Part shown: positions 53,625 to 64,000 of the stretch, piece after piece | Layout of the letters: every line of letters starts with the position of its first letter | Numbering within the stretch: the first letter of the stretch is position 1 | Origin: Octopus sinensis | Taxonomy: Eukaryota | Direction: 5' to 3' | DNA length: 64,000 bases | Assembly: GCF_006345805.1 (NCBI RefSeq) | Contig: NC_043000.1 | Span: 158,410,001-158,474,000 of the forward strand | The notes under the pieces: model-generated | The model's database searches: none | Seen by the model: only the letters and a program-made list of their open reading frames with translations | Told to the model about the DNA's origin: nothing | Translations under genes and position numbers: made by a program

Positions 53625-54028
53625 TTTTACTCTTTTTACATGTTTCAGTCATTTGACTGCGGCCATGCTGGAGCACCGCCTTTAGTCGAGCAAATCGACC
53701 CCGGGACTTATTCTTTGTAAGCCCAGTACTTCTTCTATCGGTCTCTTTTGGCGAACCGCTAAGTGACGGGGACGTAAACACACCAGTATCGGTTGTCAAG
53801 CAATGCTAGGGGTACAAACACAGACACACAAACATATACACATACACATACATATACATATATACGACAGGTTTCTTTCAGTTTCCGTCTACCAAATCCA
53901 CTCACAAGGCATTGCTCGGCCCGGGGCTATAGCAGAAGACACTTGCCCAAGATGCCACGCAGTGGGACTGAACCCGGAACCATGTGGTTGGTAAGCAAGC
54001 TACTTACCACACAGCCACTCCTGCGCCT
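53625..54028 (-). mobile_element. SINE family A, full length and young
   Basis: Complete head, CCTTGGGCAAG region, internal microsatellite, body and tail hairpin (53646-53659). Confidence 0.9.
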
Positions 54029-54053
54029 ATATATATACTTTGATGGGAGTGTT

Positions 54054-54099
<46 letters not shown>

Positions 54100-54189
54100 A
54101 TATATATATGATGAACTCTCCCATCGAAGACAACGTATGAGTGTTTGCCGAACGACGTGCATAAATTATTTGTTTATAGTGATCGACCG

Positions 54190-54387
54190 TTAGTTCGTGC
54201 TACACATTAAACCGCTCCATCAAACCGCCCTTGCCTGAACAGGTACACTGTGAACCATGCGTCAGGTGTCGGCGTGATCACAAGGTGAAGTGTTTTGCTC
54301 AAGAACACAACGCACCATTCGATCTAGGAATTGAAATCTCGATCTTGCAATAGTGATTACAACAACCTACCCACTAGGCCATACACC
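54190..54387 (-). mobile_element. Old tRNA-headed SINE with GTTCTTGAGCAA motif
   Basis: Minus-strand head GGTGTATGGCCTAGTGGG...TTCAATTCC followed by TTGTGTTCTTGAGCAAAACACTTCACC. Confidence 0.65.
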
Positions 54388-54576
54388 CTAATATATGCAT
54401 GTATATATGTTGTTAACACTTGTTGATTGATCCACCTCAGCAATTCATCAGTGTTCGTTGTCTATATAACAAATGACAGAGATAGAAAATCGAATATACG
54501 AAACTTTATTGCTCACAACGATCGTTTCGACCTATCTTGCATACAAACACACACACGCACACACATGTATGACCAC

Positions 54577-54820
54577 GGGCATATGGCGTAATGGTTAAAA
54601 GCACGAACTACTAATACCAAGACTCCGAGTTCGATTCCAGGCAGTGACCTGAAAATAATGATAATAATAACATCGAAAAATACCATAAGAATGAGATCGT
54701 AGGTTCGAGATTTCACCAACACACCTGATGAGGGTGGAGGGTATATCAGCCGAAACGTTTGTGTTAACAATAAACAAGATGAGGACAGATATCCGTAAAA
54801 TGTAAACAATGTAAATAATG
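54577..54820 (+). mobile_element. tRNA-promoter SINE-like element carrying a hammerhead motif
   Basis: A box TGGCGTAATGG at 54584-54594 and B box GTTCGATTC at about 54629-54637. Then ACAC-CTGATGA (54725-54731)-GGGTG...CAGCC-GAAA-CG-TT-t-GTGT, followed by an AATGTAA-repeat tail. Confidence 0.75.
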
Positions 54821-54828
54821 TATATACA

Positions 54829-55330
54829 CAGAGTGTTCCATAAAGGGCGACGAATTTGAATGGTGAATAATTAAAACGTATTCTTATAAACAGAAATGTT
54901 AGCGCACCGGGCGAAATGCTTAGCGGTATTTCGTCTGTCGTTACGTTCTAAGTTCAAATTCCGCTGAGGTCGACTTTGCCTTTCCTTATATCGGGGTCGA
55001 TAAATAAAGTACCAGTTTCGCACTAGGGTCGATGTAATCGATTTAATCCCTTTGTCTGTCCCCTCTATGTTTAGCCCCTTGTGGACAGTAAAGAAATATA
55101 TATTCTGTATACTTCTAATGAGTTGTTTCTCGTTTAGGTATGGAACACAATGTCGGTCATATGTCTAAATGCACCGAGTCTGCGTACATTTATCTGCTCC
55201 GCGAAATTTCCGATAAATCTCTCACAGATGTATGGGCCGTTGCCTCCAATGACACGCCTGATTTCAGTCTTGAGTTCGGGAATTGTACGCGGTTTCTTGG
55301 CGTATACCTTTGATTCATTGCGCATGAGCG
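54829..55330 (-). mobile_element. Tc1/mariner 3' fragment interrupted by a SINE
   Basis: ORF 55134-55325 (SKVYAKKPRTIPELKTEIRRVIG...IVFHT) resembles a transposase C-terminus. A TIR-like CAGAGTGTTCC starts at 54829. Confidence 0.75.
54901..55096 (+). mobile_element. tRNA-headed SINE family C, nested in the Tc1/mariner fragment
   Basis: GGCGAAATGCTTAGCGG...AGTTCAAATTCC head, then GACTTTGCCTTTC...GGGGTCGATAAATAAAGTACCAG. I recall this central motif as Meta-domain-like but could not verify it. Confidence 0.75.
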
Positions 55331-55438
55331 TTATTCAATTTCTGTATATGTGCTCTGTGTACACATTCACACTCTTAGCACTTTATATACATCTCGCGCA
55401 AACACACACACACAAACACACAAACACACACACACACA

Positions 55439-55486
<48 letters not shown>

Positions 55487-55487
<1 letters not shown>

Positions 55488-55680
55488 ACGGGAAGCTTTA
55501 TGAAAATAATCAAAAGACGAAGGCAGGTTGAGTACAAATACAAACAAACAATTGTATTAGTATGGCGCTCAGGAATATAAAAAAAACATATCTTTTACGT
55601 TTCGAGCCTACGCTCTTCAACAGAAAGATACACAGAAAAGAAACACGGAGAGAAACAAGGAGAGAAAAAATATATAAATA
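55487..55680 (-). mobile_element. Penelope-like non-autonomous terminal element, CUGUNGA family (best preserved hammerhead of the family)
   Basis: 55591-55628 on the minus strand reads TCTTT-CTGTTGA-A-GAGC gtag GCTC-GAAA-CG-TA-AAAGA, with perfect stems I and II. Confidence 0.7.
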
Positions 55681-55764
55681 TATTTATACGCACGCATACC
55701 TATATGTGCGTGAGATCATATGGGAACGCTGTGAGTTTCTACATACATGTTCCCACATACATTG

Positions 55765-56145
55765 CTGAGTGGTAAGTAGCTTGCTAACCAACCACATGGT
55801 TCTGGGTTCAGTCCCATTGCGTGGCATCTTGGGCAAGTGTCTTTTGCTATAGCCCCGGGCTGACCAATGCCTTGTAAGTGGATTTGGTAGACGGAAACTG
55901 AAAGAAGCCTGTCGTATATATGTATATATATGTGTATGTGAAAGTGTGTGTTTGTGTCTGTCCCCCTAGCATTGCTTGACAACCGATGCTGGTGTGCTTA
56001 CGTCCCCGTCACTTAGCGGTTCGCCAAAAGAGACCGATAGAAGAAGTACTGGGCTTACAAAGAATAAGTCCCGGGATCGATTTGCTCGACTAAAGGTGGC
56101 GCTCCAGCATGGCCGCAGTCAAATGACTGAAACAAGTAAAAGAGT
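55765..56145 (+). mobile_element. SINE family A, slightly 5'-truncated
   Basis: Same head, body and tail as the other family A copies. Confidence 0.9.
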
Positions 56146-56183
56146 ATATATATATATATTATATATATATACATACACATATC

Positions 56184-56469
56184 ACGTGAACACGTGACCG
56201 ACCAGGCCATCAAATGTTGGTACACATCGCTGGTCACAATGCGCTTCGCATTGTTTTAGCCTTCAATGACGCCACTCCGCTGACTAAGCCAGCAGAAGAA
56301 AAAGTGAGAGAAAGAGTACAGCAGGGTTCGCCACCATCCCCTGCCGGAGCCTCGTGGAGCTTTAGGCGTTTTCGCTCAATAAACACTCACAACGCCCGGT
56401 CTGGGAATAGGAACCGCGATCCTCAGACCGCGAGTCCGCTGCCCTAACCACTGGGCCATTGCGCCTCCA
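56184..56469 (-). mobile_element. tRNA-headed SINE family B2 (same head as B1, different tail)
   Basis: The first ~150 nt are nearly identical to 51866-52015. The 3' half is unrelated (GTGACCAGCGATGTGTACCAAC...GGTCGGTCACGTG). Confidence 0.85.
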
Positions 56470-56523
56470 TAAGTATATATTTTACACACACACACACACA
56501 TACATATATAACAGTTAGATAGG

Positions 56524-56560
<37 letters not shown>

Positions 56561-57244
56561 GTCCTCAAATTTCGATTTCAATATATATATGCGTATACGG
56601 CAAGATTTGTATACACATGTATACACAGGCGTACGAATTCAGAAAGAAGTCAGAAATATAACATTATAAGGAAATTTCCTTTTTACTCCTTAGAATTTAT
56701 TATTTAATGCAAGGAAATATTGTGTACCAAGCATTGTTCTTCGTTGATGCTATCTGAAAACTTTTATAAATAATCACATATTCCATTATAGATGATGTAT
56801 TACTTTATCTTTATTCTTCAGACATACGCGTCAATTCCATTGCGATTAATGCTCTTTATGACCCCATTGCAAAAAGGAAATAATTGTAGCTTCCAGGATT
56901 TATTTCGTATATAGTACATCATTATAAATCGTATTACATTTTTAGAAATTTTGAATAATTATTCTAAAATTAAGAGCTATTTTACGAGTAGAAAATAAGT
57001 ATCCAATTGTGTCAAGTAAAAGAATGCATATTGCGAACTTGAATGCTGCTGTTTTTTTTGTTTTTTTTATTTTTTACTTTATTTGCATTCTTAGAACCAT
57101 AGATTTCCACGTATAACATATTTTATTTGAGTGTGTTGAATTTGTTATCTGCAACAGAAAATTTTCTTTCTTTGCAGTAAATAACAATCAACTATATAGT
57201 CTCATGCTATTATATTTCGGTGTACTTATCTCCTTTCTCTGAGG

Positions 57245-57494
57245 GCTCTCCGTCGATCACGACGACGAATGTTCCAAATGATGCTATCAACAGAAAAATC
57301 TGCTCGTGAAATTAACCTACAATCGCATACAGTGGTCGGCGCTTCAAATTACAGCTACAACTAATTTTTGCAAGTTGTGTGGACTAGGACAACCAGAAAT
57401 AAACTGTCTTGCTCAAGGGCACATGCACCAGCGGGAATCGAACTCATGACCTCACGATCGTGAAGTGAATACTCTCGCTACTAAACCATGCGCC
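57245..57494 (-). mobile_element. Old tRNA-headed SINE sharing the B1 tail
   Basis: Minus-strand head GGCGCATGG...GAGTTCGATTCCC and CCCTTGAGCAAGAC. The tail TTCGTCGTCGTGATCGACGGAG resembles the B1 tail. Confidence 0.6.
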
Positions 57495-57989
57495 TACACC
57501 TCTCTGTAGAGCTATGAGGAATATGGATGAATCCCAACCCTGGGTTCGATGATGGCCTAACGCAAGGGAATCCCTGACAATGTAGAATTGGACTTCACTG
57601 GGCAAGTCAATGAATCACAAGTCAAAAGATTGGTTCTGTAATTGCTTTTAGTGGTGAATCCTTCCTGCGATATTTAACCTATTTACAATTAGGTAATTTA
57701 GGCTTTGAAGGTGAGTAGGTCGGTTGTTATTAAGTTGTTGTTTGGTTTATAGTCAAGAAAACAGGTATGAAGCGTTTCAGTTAAGTGACGACTGATATTC
57801 TTTATAGCTTATTAAAACCCTCACACTTGCACCAACCTCCAGTTATTACAGCCTTGATAGGAAGAGGAGGCAGAGGGCCTGTTTCTTATCATGTAGAACC
57901 AAAAGCAATTAGAGAAAGCATGGCAAATACTACAGATTCATTCACAGCGTGGAGTATGAATTGTTAATGAAATAGCGTATCTTAAAAAA

Positions 57990-60134
57990 CACTAATACAT
58001 TGGTAACTCTGTTCATTATCCTCCAAATGAATTTGAAGATATGCCTCCGAGAGGTCTAATTTCGAAAAACATTTCCCTCCCTTTAATTTAGCTAATAATT
58101 CTGGCTTCGGAAATGCGTAATTGAAAATAGGTGTTGAATTTTCTTTGATAGCAATTCTTGCTTTTGTTTTTGTGCAACAGCTTAAACCTTCGGAAAAAAA
58201 CTTTTGGTAAAATTTCTTTCATTTTTTGTTTCAGTTCTTCGACTTCGTTCGATCGTTTTGCTGCTTCGTTTACTTTATTGCACAAAGCGTTTATGGGTGC
58301 ATCTCACAAATTAAAATTTTCCATACATTCAGTGCCAAATAGATTCATACATTTTTTCAACTCATAAATATTCACCTTTTTGGCTCGACCTTTGAACATT
58401 ATATTACAAACGCGCTCGCCCGTGAAATATAATTTTCTTCCCGTAACACCGTACGCTATTTTGTTGGAACTACATAATTTTGGTTTACCCATTTGTTCCC
58501 ATCTTTTCTTACTTATGATTACGATATTACTTTCCCTATCTGTTTGCATTCTGACACTAGTATTTTCAATTCTCACGTTCACATAATTTTCTTCTTGTAG
58601 TCACAACTTTTTTCCGCAGACAAGCTATTTAATTTTTTTTGTCTGTTCCAATGTCCTATCATTCTAGTTTTGCAATGCGATTTTATTTATCCTGTAAACC
58701 CACCACAGTGAAAACAATTTGCTTTTTTATACGGACAATCTGTTTTCAGGTGCATACCACCACATGCCATACATGGGTCTACATCCTGATATTTTTTTCT
58801 GTTTCTCCTGCAATTATTTTTGTTTTCCAACTTTTTTGCACTGGTCTTAATGTGGAAAAGCTCTTTCCATTGAATTTCTTCCGTGTCATTCCTTAATTTT
58901 ATTATCCTGTCCCACTCTTCCGACAGTTTCTGCAAAGTCAAATCCTGGTTCATTTCCAGTTTTGATAGTATATCCGTTCGGATTTCTGCAGCCCATCTAT
59001 ATGTCAATCCTTGTGCAAAAATCAACCACTTGAAATAATCTAGAGCAAGCGTTTCTAGACTAAATCTCTAACATTCTTTGTTGACTCTACCTGTGTAAGT
59101 AGTGATGTCTTCATCTTCGCTCTTCTCTATATTTAAACATTTCCATCTAGTATTCAACAGTAAGCTCTTTTCATTAAACATTTTGAACAAAATGACAACT
59201 GGTTACAAACTGTGAAATTTATGTCCGACGCATTTTTGGCAATTTAAAGTTATTATAATTCTCATGCTTTGGTGTAGCTTGTTTTCTTAAAACTACACTC
59301 GTTTTCATTTCGTCCGTCCAATCCTGAAATTCTTTTTCCAAAATTTGTTAAAATTTTTTAAAGTAAGCCTCGAAGGTTACTCCTTCTTCGAGGTCATAGT
59401 TGAATTCGCTTATGGAATTTGCTACGCGTTCAGGTGAAAATGTATTCTACGGTTTGGTTATTAACCTCATTAGTTGCAACTAATGCTGCTGCAATATTTG
59501 TTGTTGTTCTTGCTGTTCCTCGCGTTGTTGCTGTTTTTGTAACTCAACTATCCTGGCTAACAAATCTTCCGTACTTTACAATTTTGATAAGTTTGCAAAC
59601 AAGATTTTCGCTTCTTTTTAGTTGGGGTATTTAATTCTCCACGTGAATTAGTTTAACTCTCGGTGAGAATGTTTTTTTTTTTCACCTCCGTAAATGTTTT
59701 TTTCTTCGTCGCCACTGCTGTAAAGCGATCCTTTGCCATTATTGTATCTGTCATTTGACGAACGTTGTCGCTTTGACAGATTCTTTTATATTCTGAAGTC
59801 GTCGATAGGATGGTTCTCTCTGGCACTGTATGACCTCCAGTCGTACAGTGTTATTATCCTCAAAAGGCTGGATCGATATAGCGTCAACTCCGTATCACCG
59901 TATAATCATTATATCAGTACAGACACGACTATCAACACAGTCTACACACACTTTCGACCTTCCTGACACTTTTCTATCGATCGGCTACTGGTCTCTTTAT
60001 AATGGCTGCCTAGTACCACTTTTTACCGGGAGGGATGTACACTTTCACTATACAGCAGTACACCAGCGTTGCAAACTATTAGCAGTATGGGCAGGGATTC
60101 CTTTTTTCGACCCATATAGGGATAATAACGGACA
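57990..60134 (-). mobile_element. Ty3/gypsy LTR retrotransposon relic A (LTR-PBS-gag-protease-start of RT)
   Basis: Putative LTR 59716-60134 (TG...CA) and PBS-like TGGCGACGAAG at 59704-59714. Gag peptides are SISEFNYDLEEGVTFEAYF and the zinc knuckle CMACGGMHLKTDCPYKKANCFHC. There is a protease-like ORF at 58304-58582 and the RT motif FSKLDLSEAYLQI at about 58030-58080. Confidence 0.85.
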
Positions 60135-60249
60135 ATGATTGGTCTGTAGATGAAAGTTTCTACCGTGTAAAAATTTATGAAATTTTTATGGCAAAATTAA
60201 TCGCAAGAGCCTCTGATTCACCTTGGTTGTATTTTTTTCCTGCAGATTG

Positions 60250-61700
60250 AAACGAACGTGAGACATGAACCGCGGCCTTCATATTACAATCTTTATATTT
60301 ACGTGGCATTACTGCTCCGATACCTCACGCAGAGGCATCTGAAGCTACTACAATTTCCACTGCAGGATCGAAATGTGCTAAAGAAAATTCATATGTTAAT
60401 TTTTTTTAAATTTTGTCGAAAGCCCTCTGACAATTTTCCGAACAATTCTACTTTACTCCTTGTGTTAGTAGATTATTTAGTGGAGCTCTTATCTTATGCA
60501 TATTTGGTATATAAATTGGATAATAATTTGCAAGTCCCAAAAGGCTTGTAATGTAGATATAATTGTCCGAAGGAACATAATTTTAATCACATCTGCTCCC
60601 GCCGGATCTGGTCGACGTCCATTTTTATCGATGATTTGTCCTAAATATCTAATTTGAAATAAGAAAAATTCACACTTCTCCTCACTCAAAGTGAAGCCGT
60701 AATCCCTTGTTTTTCCCGAGCACATATTTTACGTGCTCGACATGCTGATCATGAGATTCACTTTTTTTGCGATTTTTATAAGGACTGTCGAATCTGTAGT
60801 GTAATTCTACACATCGAAAACGTAGGTTAGTTTTCTGCTTTCATTTGTTACTTTCGGCCATACCTATTGTATATGTAAGCAGTATCTTACTTCAATTTGT
60901 TCGTGCCTCAGGTTTATTATCCTCTGACATTCCCCAGATATTTCTTGTAGTGCTAGCTTTTGATTCAGCTCTAATTAAGTCAGAATTTAGTTACAAATTT
61001 CTGCGTCTTTCTTTGCCGTTAAACCTTACACGAAAATTGAACTTTTAAACATATCTGGGTTCGTTCATTATTTTAAAATTTCTCGCATTTCCTTTTAACG
61101 ATTCCAGCGTATGTAATAAAATATTCGTCCCCTTTTTTTAAAAGTAATATTTATGCAGTACCGGCGCATTTTAAATAAATAGATTTTCTCCCTGAAAATC
61201 TTTGAAAGGTTATCAACCGTTTCTTTAAAGCATACTTCCTCGAGCCTCTTCGGTAATATATAGTTGCAGTATTTTTCGTGCTTGGCTGGGGCCAACTTTC
61301 TCAACAAAATTCGGATTTTTGCTTCATTTTGTCAGTCCGAGAACTCTTTAAAAATCCCTTCATAAATTCTGTAGTCGTCCGGAAAGGTAATGACCTAATC
61401 CGGATTATATGTGAATTCACTGATGGCGTTTGCGACCGTATCAGGGGTGAACGAAGTCGACGTATTTTTCGCTCTGTTGAGTAGCATCTGTATTTAGTTT
61501 TTGATTGATTGATTGATTCTAGTTTCAGCTCACGAGTTGTGGCCATGCTGGGGCACGTTGCTGTTGTTGTTGTTGTGTGTAATTTAGTTACTCAAGCTGG
61601 TAATTCGTCCGTGTTCTAAACAACAACCTATCCAGCCTGAGTACGAATATCCTCATCGCCAATTGCTATGTTTTCAGGGTTTTGAATATCTCGTCGCCAA
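60250..61700 (-). mobile_element. Ty3/gypsy relic B, related family, internally deleted
   Basis: Gag peptide LRKLAPAKHEKYCNYILPK, RT C-terminal DYGFTLSEEKCEFF...YLGQIIDKNGRRPDP and two PBS-like motifs at 61650-61661 and 61689-61699. Confidence 0.8.
61501..61558 (-). mobile_element. Very short retroposed LINE/SINE 3' tail with (CAAT)n end
   Basis: Minus strand reads GTGCCCCAGCATGGCCACAACTCGTGAGCTGAAACTAGAATCAATCAATCAA. Confidence 0.65.
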
Positions 61701-62019
61701 TAATATTATGACGACTTTGAGGTGTGCACAAGGGTGTAGGAAGTGTATTACCCAAATAAATATTTGATATGGTTTTGTAGAACAACCTTTGGCAGAATTA
61801 ATATGTTCACGCGGCACGTACACAGTACTACTTCAAACGTAGGTAAGATACTAAACTAACACAATTATCCAATACAAATGATCAATGCTGTCAACATCCA
61901 CTATTAGTTAACTGCTGACTGTCAACTGTCCACAGTTCACACACTTTCTTTATTTTATTAAAATGCGTTAGTCTAATTGTGGTCACGTTGTGGTGAGCAG
62001 GAGCCTTCAACAACACTTG

Positions 62020-62938
62020 AAAAAACAAACATTTGATATCGTGCTGTTATCGAATACGTGCCAAAAATTTATAACCCCCCCCCCAAGCTACATGCATGCT
62101 GACATAGTTGCTACATTAGGAGATTACTTCCGAGCTTTATGAACCGTACAAAAGTGGGCAGCCGAATTTATGAGGAGAAGGGAGAGTCTTGAACATGACC
62201 CAAGGGAGACATTTATCGCGTTCAGCACATGTTGATGGCTGAGAGGTGATTGACTATAAATAAGATAGTCAACGGTATTAGCATATCCAGTGAAAGAATT
62301 GAGAATAGCCTGCATAACGAACTTGGCGTGACAAACGTTTTCGCTCGGTGTGTACCTTGTAATCTGACACCTGATCAAAAGAACCTCAGTCCGATCACAT
62401 CAGGGGGAAATCTAACATTGTACGAGGCAAATCGAACTAGTTTACTTGAACGTTCCCTTACGCAGGATGATTGTAGGTTTCATGACTTCGAACCTGAGAC
62501 AAAAAGACAATCCTCCTCTGCACCAAGTGAGACCAAAATTGTTCCATCAGCAGGTAAAGTGATGGCCTCAGTTTTATGGGGGTGCGAAATACGTTGAGTT
62601 TATTTCTTCAAGCAGACCACACTATCAATAGAGAGTACTATGCTAAATTGTTGAAGAAGTTACGAAAGTCGTTCACGATGAAACATTCAGGAAAACGTAC
62701 GAAAGGTGACATGCTTCATCGGTTTCAATGACTGCTGTGCGTGACTGTAGCTTTGAACTGTTTGATCAGCCTTCCTCTTCTCGTGATTTCCTTACATTTG
62801 ACTATTATCTGTTCACAGGATCACAAAGCTGATGGGAGAAGTATGTGGACCGCAAGGACTATGTTAAAAACTAAAGCTCATTTGGTCACATTCCATAAGA
62901 ATACGATAGTCAGCCTATGAACGTTTCAACCGAACTCT
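62020..62938 (+). mobile_element. Decayed mariner element (same family as 3491-4079)
   Basis: Peptides include ISISSERIENSLHNELGVTNVFARCVPCNLTPDQK (WVPxxL motif) and SAGKVMASVLW. The 3' end TTTGGTCACATTCC...GTCAGCCTATGAACGTTTCAACCG matches 4020-4079. Confidence 0.85.
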
Positions 62939-64000
62939 TATGATGAATTACTGTTGATGTTGAAGCTGTTCTAACAGTCGAGATGCTTTTGTCATGTATG
63001 TAGGAATAAAGGGTTAATGACAACCAATGATCGTAGCCCCACTATTAATGCTCTTATCACCTGTCAGATACTGCTTCAGTTATTACATTCGTGCATGTTA
63101 GAGTATATGACATTTAATAATTTATCTAAATCTTTCGATATACGTACCATTGTCAATGATAATTAACGAGTCTATAAGGACAACCATAAGTATAAATTTT
63201 CAGTTTCGCTGTCAGACATTTTCTATCGCGAACATTTACTAAAAACTGTTTTGGCATTAGTTCATGAAATTTACATTAATTTTTGTCATTTTAATCAGCA
63301 CCATATTCTGAAAACTTATGTTTCCACTACGCCTCAGCCTGTACGTGTTAATTCTCACCTTTGAATATGTAGCGACACGGAAAAAAGCTACAAAGCAATG
63401 ATCAGGTTTACAATGTACCTCATATTTCATGAGCTAAATTACAAGTAGTCACACAGCAATTACCACGCTCACTCACTTGTTCTGAAATTCTGGCAATATA
63501 TACTCAAATTAATTTGACACATAATATGATTTCAACTGCTAAGCTATCATGCACATTACTAATATTTCCTAATTCTCACTAACAAAGGAATTCGAGTGCA
63601 GCGATAATTTTACTTAAAGTAATTAATTAAAAGCTAGATTTTTCTTTTTTATTGCCCATCACCATCACCTACATTAACTTTCTTTGCAAGAAGAAAGAAA
63701 TAGTATAATTAAACAGTTTCATATTCTTTAATTCAGATCGGTTCAACAATGCCAAACATTATTTAATTATTTATAATTAAAAAGGGAATATAATATCTTT
63801 GGCAGTTACAAACCTAATGTAGTTAAAGAAGAAAAACACACATTGAATTCAATTGAAAATAGGACGGCATAAATATATATGCCTATTAAATTGATGATGA
63901 TGTTGATTAATGGTCGTGATGTTGATTGATGATTTCAGTCAATGGAGTGCAGTCGGTGGTGTTGGTAGTGGCGGTGATACTGATAATGATGATAAAGCTG

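Noticed and set aside
54511-54535. Minus-strand GAAA-CGATCG-TT, the same palindrome as the 22638 ribozyme
   Set aside because: Only the 3' half is present and the upstream sequence is microsatellite. It may be a truncated copy but cannot be supported.

Overview
This is AT-rich, microsatellite-saturated eukaryotic DNA, most likely from an octopus or other cephalopod (inferred from the SINE types and repeat landscape, not database-checked). No host protein-coding gene could be confidently identified. The window is a mosaic of transposable elements. These include a near-intact 5'-truncated Tx1/L1 LINE inside a (TATC)n array, an older Tx1 relic, an RTE LINE and a CR1-like 3' fragment. There are also several Tc1/mariner derivatives and MITEs, two Ty3/gypsy relics, a tandem Helentron-type non-autonomous element and several tRNA-headed SINE families. 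A 100-N gap is flanked by a probable false duplication. The most striking unannotated signal is about 13 type I hammerhead ribozyme (HHR) motifs from several distinct non-autonomous families. One motif has a fully intact core (22638-22724). One lies in a ~365-nt tandem retrozyme-like unit and has a compensatory U3-A8 core with Schistosoma SMalpha-like tertiary architecture (35587-35629, minus strand). One sits inside a tRNA-promoter SINE-like element, and one family shares an A6U core variant. All RNA folds were checked by eye only; none was computed or tested.
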